A stretch of 64,000 nucleotides of DNA from Octopus sinensis. Its lineage: Eukaryota. Position 1 is the stretch's first letter. Each line of letters opens with the position of its first letter. The notes beneath the pieces were generated by a model. It was given only the letters and a program-made list of their open reading frames with translations, did no database searches and was not told the DNA's origin. The DNA lies in assembly GCF_006345805.1 (NCBI RefSeq), contig NC_043020.1:27094001-27158000 (forward strand), in the 5' to 3' direction. Below are positions 50,023 to 62,284 of the stretch, in pieces. The translations under genes and the position numbers were made by a program.

Positions 50023-50874
50023 CAAGGTCTGATCAGTAAGTATCTGGACTGTCGCCATAGCAACGAAGCTAAAGCAGGCAAAGTGAAGCCGCTCGGCACA
50101 GATTGACCTTGGACTCTGCTGTGCAGGCACACTAAGTTTTAAGGTTCTAGTTCACTTCCGCTGTTTACAGCAATGCTTGGAAGGAAGGTGTGGAGTGTGT
50201 TATCGTTGTGTTGACCATGACAAAGTTATCATGGTGATACCTGCTCAGAGGCCTACGCAAAGTTGCAGGAAGTGTATGGAGAGAAGTGTATGTGTTGTAC
50301 ACAAGTGTACGAGCGGTTCAGACGTTTCCAGGATGGTAAAAAAACTGTCAATATTGACAAACATTCTTGGAGATCCGCAACCAGCAGAACTGAGAAAAAC
50401 ACCACAGATGTGAAGGGGGAAATCATCGAATCACCATCCATGAGTTATCAGAAAATGTGCAGATTAGTTACAGTTCAGTTCAGTCCGTTATCACTGAAGA
50501 TTTGGGTATGATACGCGCGTCTGCCAAGTTTGTGCCAAAACTGATATCAGCTGACCAAAAAGACATTTGGGTTTCAGTTGCACAAGATCTCCTTGATTGT
50601 ATTGAGAATGATGAAAACTTCTTGAAAACATTGTGTAGGCTTCTGAACAGGTATCGCCAAGCATTTGGCAAAATCTGATGCAGATCCTCTGCTGAACTTT
50701 CTCTGCCATAGTCAATGTGACAATCACACGTTACACATATTCCTTCCAAGCTCAGCTGTAAACAGCAGAAGTGAGTTAACTCGTTAAAACTTAGTGCGCA
50801 GAGTTCAAGATCAATCTGTGTGCGTTAGCTTTATTCCTATGGCAACAGTCCGGATACTTACTGATCGGGCCACG
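50023..50874. mobile_element. Defective mariner element with two 5' ends in inverted orientation
   Basis: TIRs gatcagtaagtatc(t/c)ggactgt at both ends; transposase N-terminal fragments GDTCSEAYAKLQEVYG...KFVPKL (+) and MAEKVQQRICIRFCQMLGDTCSEAY (-). Confidence 0.85.
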
Positions 50875-52238
50875 CATCACTGGTGATGAAGCAAGCAAGT
50901 ATATGCATGTCTGTTTCTTTGTGCCTTATGACTTAGGGAAGAGAGGGTGACAGCCCTGATCTTTTTTGTAGGGCATCCAGTGAACCAGGACATTGTATTA
51001 AAGCAAAGCAACAGATTGTGTTGACCGTCCAGCAACATGTGCAGTCTGTTCAACTGGTGTGTGTGTGTGTTTAGCTGCTGCTCTGTTCCAGTGGAACCAA
51101 GTTAGGTTTACAGTTGTGTGTGTTTGTCTGTGTGTCTCCTTATTTTGACTGCATAACGGTTGTGATTGAGTATCCTTAATTGCCAATCTTCAGTGAAAAC
51201 ATGTCTGGCTGCTGGTAAATATTTTTCTATGATCGGAAACAGTTAAGGCTTTGGTGACAAACCCAATGGTTTTCAACCAGGGTTCCACCAGTACAGTCCA
51301 GTGGGGTTCCACAAGAAGTTACAAAACTGCTAAAATCGGCCGTAATTTTTAATTCTCCTGTGCAGATATGTGTGCATAAGACTATTAAATTATTGCACAG
51401 GGGTTCCTCGAGCCAGTGGAATGTTTCCTTGGGGTTCCGCTCCCGCAAAAAGTTTGGAAAGCACTGATCTAACCACATTAAATCTGCCTTGGCAAATTCT
51501 CTCCAACCCCTGTGGAGCATGCGAAACTGGATGTTAAAAGACAACTGCAGTGTGAAGGGAGGTAATTCCAACTGAACTAAATAGCATCTTGTTTAATAGA
51601 AACACTTGCCACAGATAATGTTGTGTAGTGGAATCGAACCTAGGACCATATATATTTCTTTACTACCCACAAGGGGCTAAACACAGAGGGGACAGACAAA
51701 CGGATTAAGTCGGATTATATTGACCCCAGTGCGTAACTGGTACTTAATTTATCAACCCCGAAAGGATGAAAGGCAAAGTCGACCTCGGTGGAATTTGAAC
51801 TCAGAACGTAACGGCAGACGAAATACGGCTACACAGTTCGCCAAGCATGCTAACGATTCTGCCAGCTCGCCGCCTTACCTAGGACCATATAGTGATGAAA
51901 CATGCTTCATCGTCACACAGCTGTACCTGTGCCCTGTTAACAAATGTGAGGTTGATGCATTTAGTTCAGGCTCCAGACAACAATAAAAAATACTTGATTA
52001 TGGTACCACACTGGGACAGAACCCAAAACTACATGATTATGAACCAAAAATCATATCCCCATAGCCTTTTTATTTATTCCCATGCTTTAGTTCTTGGAGC
52101 CGAAGGACGATTGCATATAAATTTAGAAAATAAAACTCTAGGGTAGATCTTGTGGCTAATTAATGCCAAAGAAGCCATAGATTCCTGTCAGTGTGTTTAC
52201 TAATGAATGTTTGTCTGTTTTCTTATTGTTTTTCTCAG

Positions 52239-52392
52239 CAGCGTTCCTGGAACTACGATCAACAACATGGTGATTATTATTATAATCCGTCTGGTTATGA
52301 ACATTCAACATTCTACGACCAAAATAATCCTCACTATGGCCAAGGTCAAGGTTATGACTCCAGTTACTACAACCAAAATTACAGCCATCAAG
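52239..52392 (+). CDS. RBM5: RBM5/10 coding exon 11: Tyr/Gln/Asn-rich segment
   Basis: ttctcag|cag NAGNAG acceptor; CAA G|gtatca donor (phase 1). Confidence 0.85.
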
Positions 52393-52706
52393 GTATCATT
52401 ACCTACTTCTCTCTCTCTTTTTAGCTATCCATCTTTCTACTTAACCCTTTAGTGTTCAGATTATTCTGTCAAATGTGATGTTTGTTTATTTAAAATGGTT
52501 TGAATTAATCATGTATTATCTTGTAGTTTAGAGATTTCAGTGATGTGATTTTTTTAGTTTTAGAATGACATGGTAGGGCTGAGGTGAGAGGTGAGATCTG
52601 GTCAGTTTCAATATAAAACAGGTTAAATATTTTGGCCAGATATGGCCGGTTTGAATGCTAAAGGGTTAAATAAAATTTAGCTTTCTCTCCCTCTCTCCCC
52701 TTTCTA

Positions 52707-52917
52707 CAGGGTGTCCCAGAAGTTGTGCACCATTCTGGTTTTCATTAAAAATAATTAAAGCATATTATTTTATTATATTTTTTTCTGCATGTTTTATTGT
52801 AGAGGGTGCTCAATTCAAGCATTTGCTTTGATTAATTTCAATAAAGTGTTTTTGAAATCACTAAGAGTGTATTCTTTTAAAAAAACCAGGGTGGTGCGCA
52901 ATTTCTGGGACACCCTG
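52707..52917. mobile_element. Tc1/mariner-type MITE (211 bp)
   Basis: ta|cagggtgtcccagaa...ttctgggacaccctg|ta, TIR about 35 bp. Confidence 0.88.
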
Positions 52918-53970
52918 TATATTTCTATCTTTTTCCTGTCTATCTCTAATCACCTTAATGTCAGGTTCTGTACCTGGATAGGTTGCTTTTTTTGTATATT
53001 CATATACATGTATGTGTGTGTATGTATTATGCATTTTGTGAATGATGGTCCACTCTGTAAAGTGGTTGGCATATTAGGAGGGGCATCCAGCTGCAAAACC
53101 ATGTCAGAACTGACAGAGGAGCCGGGTGCAGTCCTCTAGCTTGCCAGTTCCTGTGAATCTGCCCAACTCATGCCAGCATGGAAGACAGATGTTAAATGAT
53201 TATGATGATGATGATGAATAGGCGTGGCTGTGTAGTTTAAAAATCTTGCTTCCCAACTATGTAGTTTGAGGTTCAATCCAACTGCATGGCACCTTGGGCA
53301 AATATCTTTTACTATAGTCCCAAGCCGACCAAAGCATTCTCAGTGAATATGACAGGCAAATTGAAAGAAATCTATTCTCTGTTCTGTGTGTGTGTGCGCA
53401 TGTTTGCGTCTCCTTGTCTTCACATCATTTGATTGTTGTAAAAGAATGGCCTTTATTTGCAATATTCTACAAAAACATGTCTGGCCAAAGGGGAAATATT
53501 ACCTTAATAATAATAATAATAATGAAATTATTGTATACAGTGCTCAGGTGCACCACAACTTGTCAGACAGTGCATATAAAGCACATGCAGTAGTGTACAA
53601 ATGTCTGGAAAGCGAACAATGTATGATCAGATACATGCTTGTGTGTGTGTATGGAGGGGAGGAAATCAGGTGTAGTGTTGGCGAATCTCAGAAAGCATGG
53701 AAGTTTTGAAGGATGCAGTGCTGCTTGGATACAAGTGAAGGTTAGTGACAACAAGGGCATCCAGCTGTAGAATATTTTCCCCAATAAACGCTATCTGGCC
53801 CATGCAAGCATGCAAAAGTTGATGTTAAAAACAATGATGATGGATAAATCATCAGCTTCGTTAACTATCGTAATTGTTGTAAAATGTGAGTTCTTGTATT
53901 TTGTCTGAGGTTTTCTGATGTTGGTGTTAAAAGCTAATTCCTTCTTTTTCTTCTTCTTGTGTTTTAACAG

Positions 53971-54062
53971 CCGATTCCACCAATGCTGCAGCCGCCGTGG
54001 CACAAGCTGCCATTCAACAAGCCCAAGCTGCAAAACAGTACCAGAAACATTATCAGAAACAG
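53971..54062 (+). CDS. RBM5: RBM5/10 coding exon 12: ADSTNAAAAVAQAAIQQAQAAKQYQKHYQKQ
   Basis: ttttaacag acceptor, CAG|gtaaag donor; A.A.AAQ-type motif seen after RRM2 in this family. Confidence 0.9.
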
Positions 54063-54975
54063 GTAAAGCAAACAGTTTACTCTTGGAATAGGGTCTCTTT
54101 CGGACTTTAGCAAAAGAGGGTTGCCAGATCTATTTCCCGAAACCTTTGAAACTTTTCAAAAAGTATCCCAAAATGAGAATTTCACTATATATATATATAT
54201 ATATATATAATATTTTGGACTAAAAGGTTTATGTTGATTAGTGTGTTGAGTAAAGCACTGGGACACTTTGGGCTACCTGGTGTCATCCACAGTTGGGGTA
54301 TATTTACATTGGATCTACTTCATATCAACATGGATCTTTAAATGAGACACAACTTTATGTATGAATGTAACTGATGAGACCCAGACTGCAAAATGGATGC
54401 AACACAAGATGTTGAACAGAGTCCCACCCACAAGGGACAATAGCAGGATGAGTCGAAACAACCGTTGTACAAAATAAAGATTAATACCAAATGCATCTTC
54501 TGATTACTTAAGAAACCATTGTTTTATAAATAAATATATCTGTATAAAAGTGCCCACATGACGCCATGTAAAAGCACATAAAAACACCCAGCACACTCTG
54601 TAAAGTGGTTGGCATTAGGAAGGGCATCCAGCTGTAGAAACCATGCTAAATCAGACTGGTGTCTGGTGCGGTTTGCCAGCTCTAGTCAAACCACCATGGA
54701 CAATGGATGTTAAATGAAGATGAGTGATATACAGTGATCCTTCACCGCATCACAGTTTGTTATTTAAGCTTACCTTGGTGTTGTTTTGCATTTATAATAA
54801 AATAAATATATACAAATTATACAAATAATTTTAAAGATATACAGTACAGTACTGTATATCTTTGCGGATTTTCACCTATCACTGAGTGGTTTGGGAACAT
54901 AATACCCACAATAGTCGAGGGATTACTGTGTAACACACACACACACACACACACAGAGATAGATAGATAGATATA

Positions 54976-55098
54976 CAGGGTGATTCAAAAGTCGCCATAC
55001 ATAAGAACAATTTATTTTTTTATAAGAAACAGTTTTTTTTATTTAACTGTTTCTTATAAAAAAAATAAATTTTTCCTATGTATGGTGACTTTTGAATC

Positions 55099-55104
<6 letters not shown>
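54976..55104. mobile_element. Near-fully palindromic Tc1/mariner-type MITE (about 129 bp)
   Basis: ta|cagggtgattcaaaagtcgccatacat...atgtatggtgacttttgaatcaccct. Confidence 0.8.
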
Positions 55105-55133
<29 letters not shown>

Positions 55134-55139
<6 letters not shown>

Positions 55140-55580
55140 GATTTCCTTCTGTTTATTTCACTCACATAATGCAGAGTAACCATTTAACTCTTCTGTGCTC
55201 GTCCCTCTATCATATTTTAGCCCAGTGGTTTTCAATTGGGGTCCACATGGCCCTTGTGGGGTGGTCCTTATAAGGTTTGCTGTTAAAATTTATGTGTCAT
55301 GAACTGGTTATACTTCTGCATTGCACAAAATATTTTAATAATATTTTAAAATATAATAGGACTTTTTAAATATCAAATAGCTATAAGGGCCCACCTGAGT
55401 AAAATAGGGATTAAAGGGACCCATAAGTGTTAATCTGCTATTTGTAGTCCAGTCTGGCAACCCTGTTGGGAAGGGAGTTTACATATATAAGTATGTGTGT
55501 ATATAAATGAATTTGGCTATAAAATAATTATATTATAGAAGAGTATATGCTGTGTGTGTGCATGCATATGTATACATCTA

Positions 55581-55625
<45 letters not shown>

Positions 55626-56095
55626 GATTTCCTTCTGTTTATTTCACTCACATAATGCAGAGTAACCATTTAACTCTTCTGTGCTCGTCCCTCTATCATA
55701 TTTTAGCCCAGTGGTTTTCAATTGGGGTCCATATGGCCCTTGTGGGGTGGTCCTTATAAGGTTTGCTGTTAAAATTTATGTGTCATGAACTGGTTATACT
55801 TCTGCATTGCACAAAATATTTTAATAATATTTTAAAATATAATAGGACTTTTTAAATATCAAATAGCTATAAGGGCCCACCTGAGTAAAATAGGGATTAA
55901 AGGGACCCATAAGTGTTAATCTGCTATTTGTAGTCCAGTCTGGCAACCCTGTTGGGAAGGGAGTTTACATATATAAGTATGTGTGTATATAAATGAATTT
56001 GGCTATAAAATAATTATATTATAGAAGAGTATATGCTGTGTGTGTGCATGCATATGTATACATCTATCTGTGTATATATATATATATATATATAT
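55134..56095. repeat. 486-bp direct tandem duplication bounded by (TA)n tracts
   Basis: aataggatttccttctg at 55135 and 55621; copies look identical except gtccacatgg/gtccatatgg. Confidence 0.92.
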
Positions 56096-57194
56096 AATGT
56101 ACGTAGGTTCTGAATTGGCAGGATTATTAGAACGCTAGATGAAATATTTTGCAGTACTTGTTCCCTTTCGTGTTCCACTCTTGCCTATATATATATATTG
56201 GCACGAGCAGCACCTTGGGCAAGTTTCTTCTACTATAATATCTAGGTGACTAGATGGATTTGGCAGCAGAAACCGAAAGAAGCTCATCATGTGTGTGTCT
56301 GTGTTTGGGCTCCTCTGACAACCCTAAGCTACATGCAATGATGATGTTATTCATTTGTCTAATAACAAAGAATGAATTTGTGTGTGTAGGCATGTTGCTG
56401 TGTATTGATGAGGTGGAAAGTCAGTGTGTTGGACAAAAATATTTTATGGTATTTGGTTCCTTCTGTGTTGCACCCAGATTGACTTTGTCATTCTGTCTAC
56501 TGCGGTCAATAAAATAAGTACCAGACTTGAGGGTTACTGGGTCAACTAGAACATAAACCCTGAAAGCAGTGCCCCAATATGGCCACAAGTCCTGTTACTG
56601 GAACCAGTAAAAGGCCAAGAGGTATGTGACAGACACACTACACGGTCGTGTGGATGGAAATTCTGATTCCACTTGAAGGCAAGCAGTGGTTCCTGGGTCT
56701 GATTGATAATGAATATTGGTCCTTGATCTCAGTGCAGTGTGGTTGATTAAATTAGTCTAAGTAATAATTGACTGCTCCTTTATTTCTTCAAACTCAGAAG
56801 AATGGTAAGCAAAGTTGACCTTGGTTAGATTTGAACTCAAGATGAAAAAACAGCTGTAACTAGATACCACCAAGTATTTTGTCCGTTGCTCCACCATTCT
56901 GCCAATCCTCGACGCAAGGCCGCTCATCTAAGGTGAAGGCTACAAAACAATTGTATTGTCCCTAGTATGTTACTGGTACTTTTAGCTTAGATGCAAAGCC
57001 ACAAATTTTGTGGGGAAGGGCTAGTTGATTAAACCAAACCCCAGTATATGACTGGTACTTTATTTTATCAACACCCTCCCAAAATAATGAAAGGTAGAGT
57101 TGACTTCAGCAAGATTTTAATATTCCGAGGTCAACTTGTGCCTCTCATTGGCCATTTACCAATGGTTTGTAATGGTCAGCTTGTCGTTTTCAAG

Positions 57195-57519
57195 GTGCAA
57201 GAACAACAGAAATTGGCTGAAATGTCTCCCGAGCAGCGTTTGGCCCATCTGGCTCAGAATTGGTCACAACAAAAAAATCTTTCTCCATCTTCACAGTCTT
57301 CCCAGGCGCTATCAGCAGCCGGAACCGCAGCCACGGCAGCCGCCGTAACAGTTGGCGCACCCACCACCGTCGACGTGAATGCAGATGGCAGCACAATCAC
57401 TGATAGTTCTACGCATAAAGGCTCGCCAACCGTTTCCAAACTGCCTGTTCTACAGAGTTCACAACCTGCCTTTCAGACGCCAACAGGAATGCCAGTCAAT
57501 GACGAGTACCCCAAATATC
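57195..57519 (+). CDS. RBM5: RBM5/10 coding exon 13: low-complexity linker ending EYPKY
   Basis: ttttcaag acceptor, TAT C|gtaagt donor; in frame with ORF 57048..57650. Confidence 0.88.
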
Positions 57520-58878
57520 GTAAGTATCTTAAATTCTACACAACTCATGTTTTTTTTTTATCCCCTTCCTTTTCTCTCTCTCTCTCGCTCTCTCTCTCTC
57601 TCTCAAATTCTGTCTCTGTTCTATCTTATCTAACCCCTCCTTATTTCTAATAAACCTACAACCAGTATAGTGTAAGAATTCTCATGTAAATTTTTGAACT
57701 TTCTCTCTTTCTCTTTTACATGCTTCAGTCATTTGACTGCGGCCATGCTGGAGCACTGCCTTTAGTCGAGCAAATCGACCCTGGGACTTATTCTTTGTAA
57801 GCCCAGTACTTATTCTATCGGTCTCTTTTGCCGAACCGCTAAGTGACGGGGACGTAAACACACCAGCATCGGTTGTCAAGCAATGCTAGGGGAACAAACA
57901 CAGACACACAAACACATACATATACATATATACGACAGGCTTCTTTCAGTTTCCATCTACCAAATCCACTCACAAGGCATTGGTCGGCCCGGGGCTATAG
58001 CAGAAGACACTTGCCCAAGATGCCATGCAGTCGGACTGAACCCGGAACCATGTGATTGGTTAGCAAGCTACTTACCACACAGCCACTCCTGCGCCTCATA
58101 ACATTTTTCTATCAAATAATTTTCATTCACATAAGTTTGTGTGTGTATACACAGGGGGTGCTATAAAGTTCTTGCCTTTGGGTAAAAGAAAATACAGGAG
58201 GATCAGTTAATTATGATTTTATTGAACATATTCTCCTCTCAGGTTCACACATTTATTACAGCGGTCTTTCAGTTTTTCTAAACCCTGTAAAAAAAAGAAC
58301 TTGGAAGGCTGAAACTCCAACCAAGCCTTTTGCAATACCCTTAAAGCTAGGAACTTTTCAATACTCCCCACCGTGTGTATGTGTGTATTTATTTCTTTAT
58401 TGCTCACAGGGGGCTAAACATAGAGGGGACAAACAAAGACAGACAAAGGGATTAAGTCGATTACATCAACCCCAGTGCATAACTTGTACTTATTTAATCG
58501 ACCCCGAAAGGATGAAAGGCAAAGTTGAACTCAGAACGTAACGGCAGGCACAATTATGGCTGTGTGGTTATAAAGCTCACTTTGCAACCACAAGGTTTCG
58601 GGTTCAGTTCCATTGCATGGTACATTGGGCAAGTGTCTCCTGCCACAGCCCCAGGCCTATCAATGCTTTGCGATTAAATTTGACAGATTAAAAACTGTTC
58701 AGGGCCTCATGTGTGTGTTTCTCCTTGTCCTTGACTTTGTTGGATGGTTGTAAATGAATGTGACTGTCATACAAGCAGTGTCGTTTATTTCTAATCATCT
58801 GCAAATCATGTCTGGCATTGGGAAAATACTACCTCCCTTGGGATCAGGCGAGGGTTGGTGACAGGAAGGGCGTTCAGC

Positions 58879-59295
58879 AGATCCTTTCGGTTTGAACGGC
58901 AGTTTTTAACATAATTTCTAGGTAACTAAAAAATTTAAAACTTCGTATACTGGTAGAATGTGTTTATAAAACATCTTTTTCTTTTGGCTTTATTGAGAAA
59001 ATTCTATAGTTTGTAAGATATTTGTTGTTTTTTCTTCTTCAATTTCTGCAATTTCAACCAATCAATGACATCTATTGAGGTAAAAAAAAACATTCTGTGC
59101 CGTATGAATATGTCCCTCGTTTAAGAAACAGATTGGGTTTATTTACATTTCTGAAGAAAAAAAAGATACCCTTCCCCCCTAACCCTAACCCTAAAACAGA
59201 TTGAAATGCAGTAGATCGATACTAGGGTCATAATTATGGGTGACAATTTCATATGACACCGCGAGAAAAAACTGCCATTCAAACCGAAAAGATCC
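58879..59295. mobile_element. TIR element with 8-bp TSD inserted in a family D repeat
   Basis: TIRs gatcctttcggtttgaacggcagttttt / aaaaactgccattcaaaccgaaaagatc; TSD cgttcagc / cattcagc. Confidence 0.8.
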
Positions 59296-59483
59296 CATTC
59301 AGCCATAGAAAATCTGCATCAGTTAACTCCATCTGACCCATGCAAGCATGGAAAACTGGACATTAAAATGATGACGATGACGTTTTATATTTGTGTGTGT
59401 GTGTGTGTGTGTGTACATTCAGTAAATTGTCAATGTAAAGATGAATGCTACCCTCTGTAAATTGTTATCCGTTTTCTTTACAG

Positions 59484-59575
59484 CATCACCTGATGTTTGT
59501 ACCTATCAGTATGACGACAGCTCTGGATATTACTACGATCCTTCCACTGGACTCTATTACGATGCCAACTCTCAA
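59484..59575 (+). CDS. RBM5: RBM5/10 coding exon 14: OCRE first part [31 protein letters not shown]
   Basis: tttacag acceptor, CAA|gtaaga donor; aromatic octamer repeats of OCRE. Confidence 0.96.
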
Positions 59576-60154
59576 GTAAGACACACTTTTAATACTTTCC
59601 TCCTCCTCATCATCATCATCATTTAATGTCCATTTTCCATGCTAGCATGGGTTGGACGGTTTGGACCAGGATCTGGGAAGCCAGAAGGCTGCACCAGGCT
59701 CCAGTCTTGATCTGACAGTGTTTCTACAGCTGGATGCCCTTCCTAACGCCAACCACTCCGAGTGTGTCATGGGTGCTTTTTTTACATGCCACTGGCACGG
59801 AAGCCAGCCGAGGTGGCGCTGGCATCGGCCACGTTTGGATGGTGCTTGTTACATGCCACTGGCACAGGGGTCATCACAACTACAATTTCCATTGATTTCC
59901 TTTTTTTTTTTTTTTTTTTGTATGACTACACTTCTAATGAAATAAGCTTAGCTGTGTTTAAATAACTCTTATCATCATCATCTTCATCATAGGTGCAGGA
60001 GTGGCTGTGTGGTAAGTAGCTTGCTAACCAGCCACATGGTTCCGGGTTCAGTCCCACTGTGTGGCATCTTGGGCAAGTGTCTTCTGCTATAGCCCCAGGT
60101 CGACCAATGCCTTGTGAGTGGATTTGGTAGACGGAAACTGAAAGAAGCCTGTCG

Positions 60155-60186
<32 letters not shown>

Positions 60187-61552
60187 TGTGTGTGTGTATT
60201 TCTGTGTTTGTTCCCCTAGCATTGCTTAACAACCGATGCTGGTGTGTTTACATCCCCGTCACTTAGCGGTTCGGCAAATGAGACCGATAGAATAAGTACT
60301 GGGCTTACAAAGAATAAGTCCCGGGGTCGATTTGCTCGACTAAGGGCGGTGCTCCAGCATGGCCGCAGTCAAATGACTGAAACATGTAAAAGAATAAAAG
60401 AAAAGAAAAAGAAAATCCTTCTGTTATGGTTCCATTCACATCGAGGCTGCTTTGGATAAAGTAACCAATCAAATTCCGGGATTTATTATTCCCAGTATTC
60501 AGTTGGTTTCTTCTCGAACCTTCTAAAGGAAGAATGACTAAAGTTGACCTCGACAAAATCTGTACTCAGAATGTAATGGGTTGGTCACTAAACACCACAA
60601 GGCATTTTAGCTGTCCATCTAACAATTTATTCTGCCAATGTAAATAAAAATAATCAAGAATTTGGAAAGATTTTGCTAAAATGGCTGACTTTGTCGTTAT
60701 TGTGGTGTTTGGAACAAAATTTAAGAAAGGGTTTCTTGCATAAACTTTTAGCAGAAGTTCCAATCTAAATATTGAGACTGTTCTGATACGTATTCAGACA
60801 AGTAAACGTATCTTTTATCTTACATTTGTATCAGTCATTAGACTGTGGCCATGCTGGGGCACCATGTTGAAGAATTTTTAGTTGAATGGATCGACCCCAC
60901 AGTACTTATTTTAATTTTAATTTTAAGCCTGATACTTATTCTATCAGTCTCTTTTGCCGAACTGCTAAGTTACCAAAGTGATATAGGCACACCAACACCA
61001 GTTGTCAAGCAATGGTGGGGAGGGGGGAGACAAATACTTTCACACTGAACGTAAAACGCCTGAAGAAATGGTGCCCAGCACTTTGCTGATGCTCTTGCAA
61101 TTTTGGAAACTTGCCACATTATAATAATAACAAGAGCACTCAGAGAACACAAACCTCCTCTAAGGCAACACCAACATCCTCTCAACGATTAGCCAGAGAT
61201 GATTTTTAAAATGAGAATATCTGAAATAAACTCGACTGCTCTCACAAATGAGAATACTAAAAATGAAACTGACCGCTCTCAAAAATTAAGTAAATAAAAA
61301 CCGGAAGAATAATCCAGAATCCTTGTCCAGTACCAGATCGTTCCCAAAATCTAATCAGTTCGTGCTAATCACAAGGTCAAACATACCTGAAAGTTTTGTC
61401 CAAATCCATCCAGCGGTTCTTGGGATATTTTGTCCACAGACAAACAAACAAATACAACTGAAAACAATACCTCTGCCTTCGCTAAGGCGGAGGTAATAAT
61501 AATGATAATGACAATAATAATAATGTGTTTCCTGTTTATTATCTATTTCCAG

Positions 61553-61729
61553 TATTATTACAATGCTTCCACGTGCCAATTTTTGTACTGGGATGCTGAG
61601 AAATCCACTTATCTACCTGCTCCAACTGGGGCTGGAGGTCAGCAATGTGATGACAAAGATGGAGACAACAGAGGCAAAAAGAAGGAAGACAAGAAAGAAA
61701 AAGTGAAGATTGCCAAAAAAATTGCAAAG
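61553..61729 (+). CDS. RBM5: RBM5/10 coding exon 15: OCRE end and KEKE region (YYYNASTCQFLYWDAEK...KIAKKIAK)
   Basis: tttccag acceptor, AAG|gtactt donor. Confidence 0.95.
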
Positions 61730-61909
61730 GTACTTTGAACCCAAAGTGTTCCCCCACCCAAAAATATTTACCATATTTACTCATGTAACACCCTTCATTT
61801 AAATGTTAATTCTTGGTATTAAATTTTTTCCTTTTCCATATTCAGATACCGGCTTTGCCCTGTACATATCACACCCCAGTTTTTTTTGGGTTTTTTTCCC
61901 CAGTTAAAA

Positions 61910-62284
61910 TCTCTATCTCTATATATATAAACGGTAAAATGTCTGCGTGCATGTCCTTTATAAAAATCCACAATTTTTCAGTTAGAGGGCTCGCACTTTC
62001 TATGGTCATTCAAAACCGTCCAAGGGTGGTCGTGCACATCTTTACATCTCCCCAGTCACCCTGCAAAGCCATTAAAAAATCAATAGAAGTGACTTTTTTG
62101 TGAATTTTCTATTCAAAACCCAATCAAAATACCCAAAACTTGATACGCCAATTGACTGCCAGCTAGCTGTGTGTGATTGGTCAGAGATTTGGACAGTACT
62201 CGCGTGTTTGTGCGCACACATGCAGCTGTATATGTATGCACTAGCACTATGACCTGGCAACGCCGGGTCATAGTGCTAGTCTAG
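61910..62284 (+). mobile_element. Non-autonomous Helitron
   Basis: a|TC start, 3' hairpin actagcactatgacc-tggcaacgccg-ggtcatagtgctagt (15 perfect bp), CTAG|t end. Confidence 0.8.

Noticed and set aside
50883-50960. C/D-box snoRNA (GTGATGA ... CTGA); similar pattern at 44205-44290
   Set aside because: There is no terminal stem. In the first case the D box lies in a dispersed repeat. In the second the CTGA is the branch point 20 nt from the acceptor and the box spacing is wrong.
52393-53970. U12-type intron suggested by the donor GTATCATT
   Set aside because: It mismatches GTATCCTT at +6, and the 3' end has an ordinary pyrimidine tract with no TTCCTTAAC-like branch at the expected distance.
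57048-57194. 5' extension of exon 13 implied by the 200-aa ORF
   Set aside because: The upstream part reads through a degraded B-type SINE; the acceptor at 57194 gives the correct phase.
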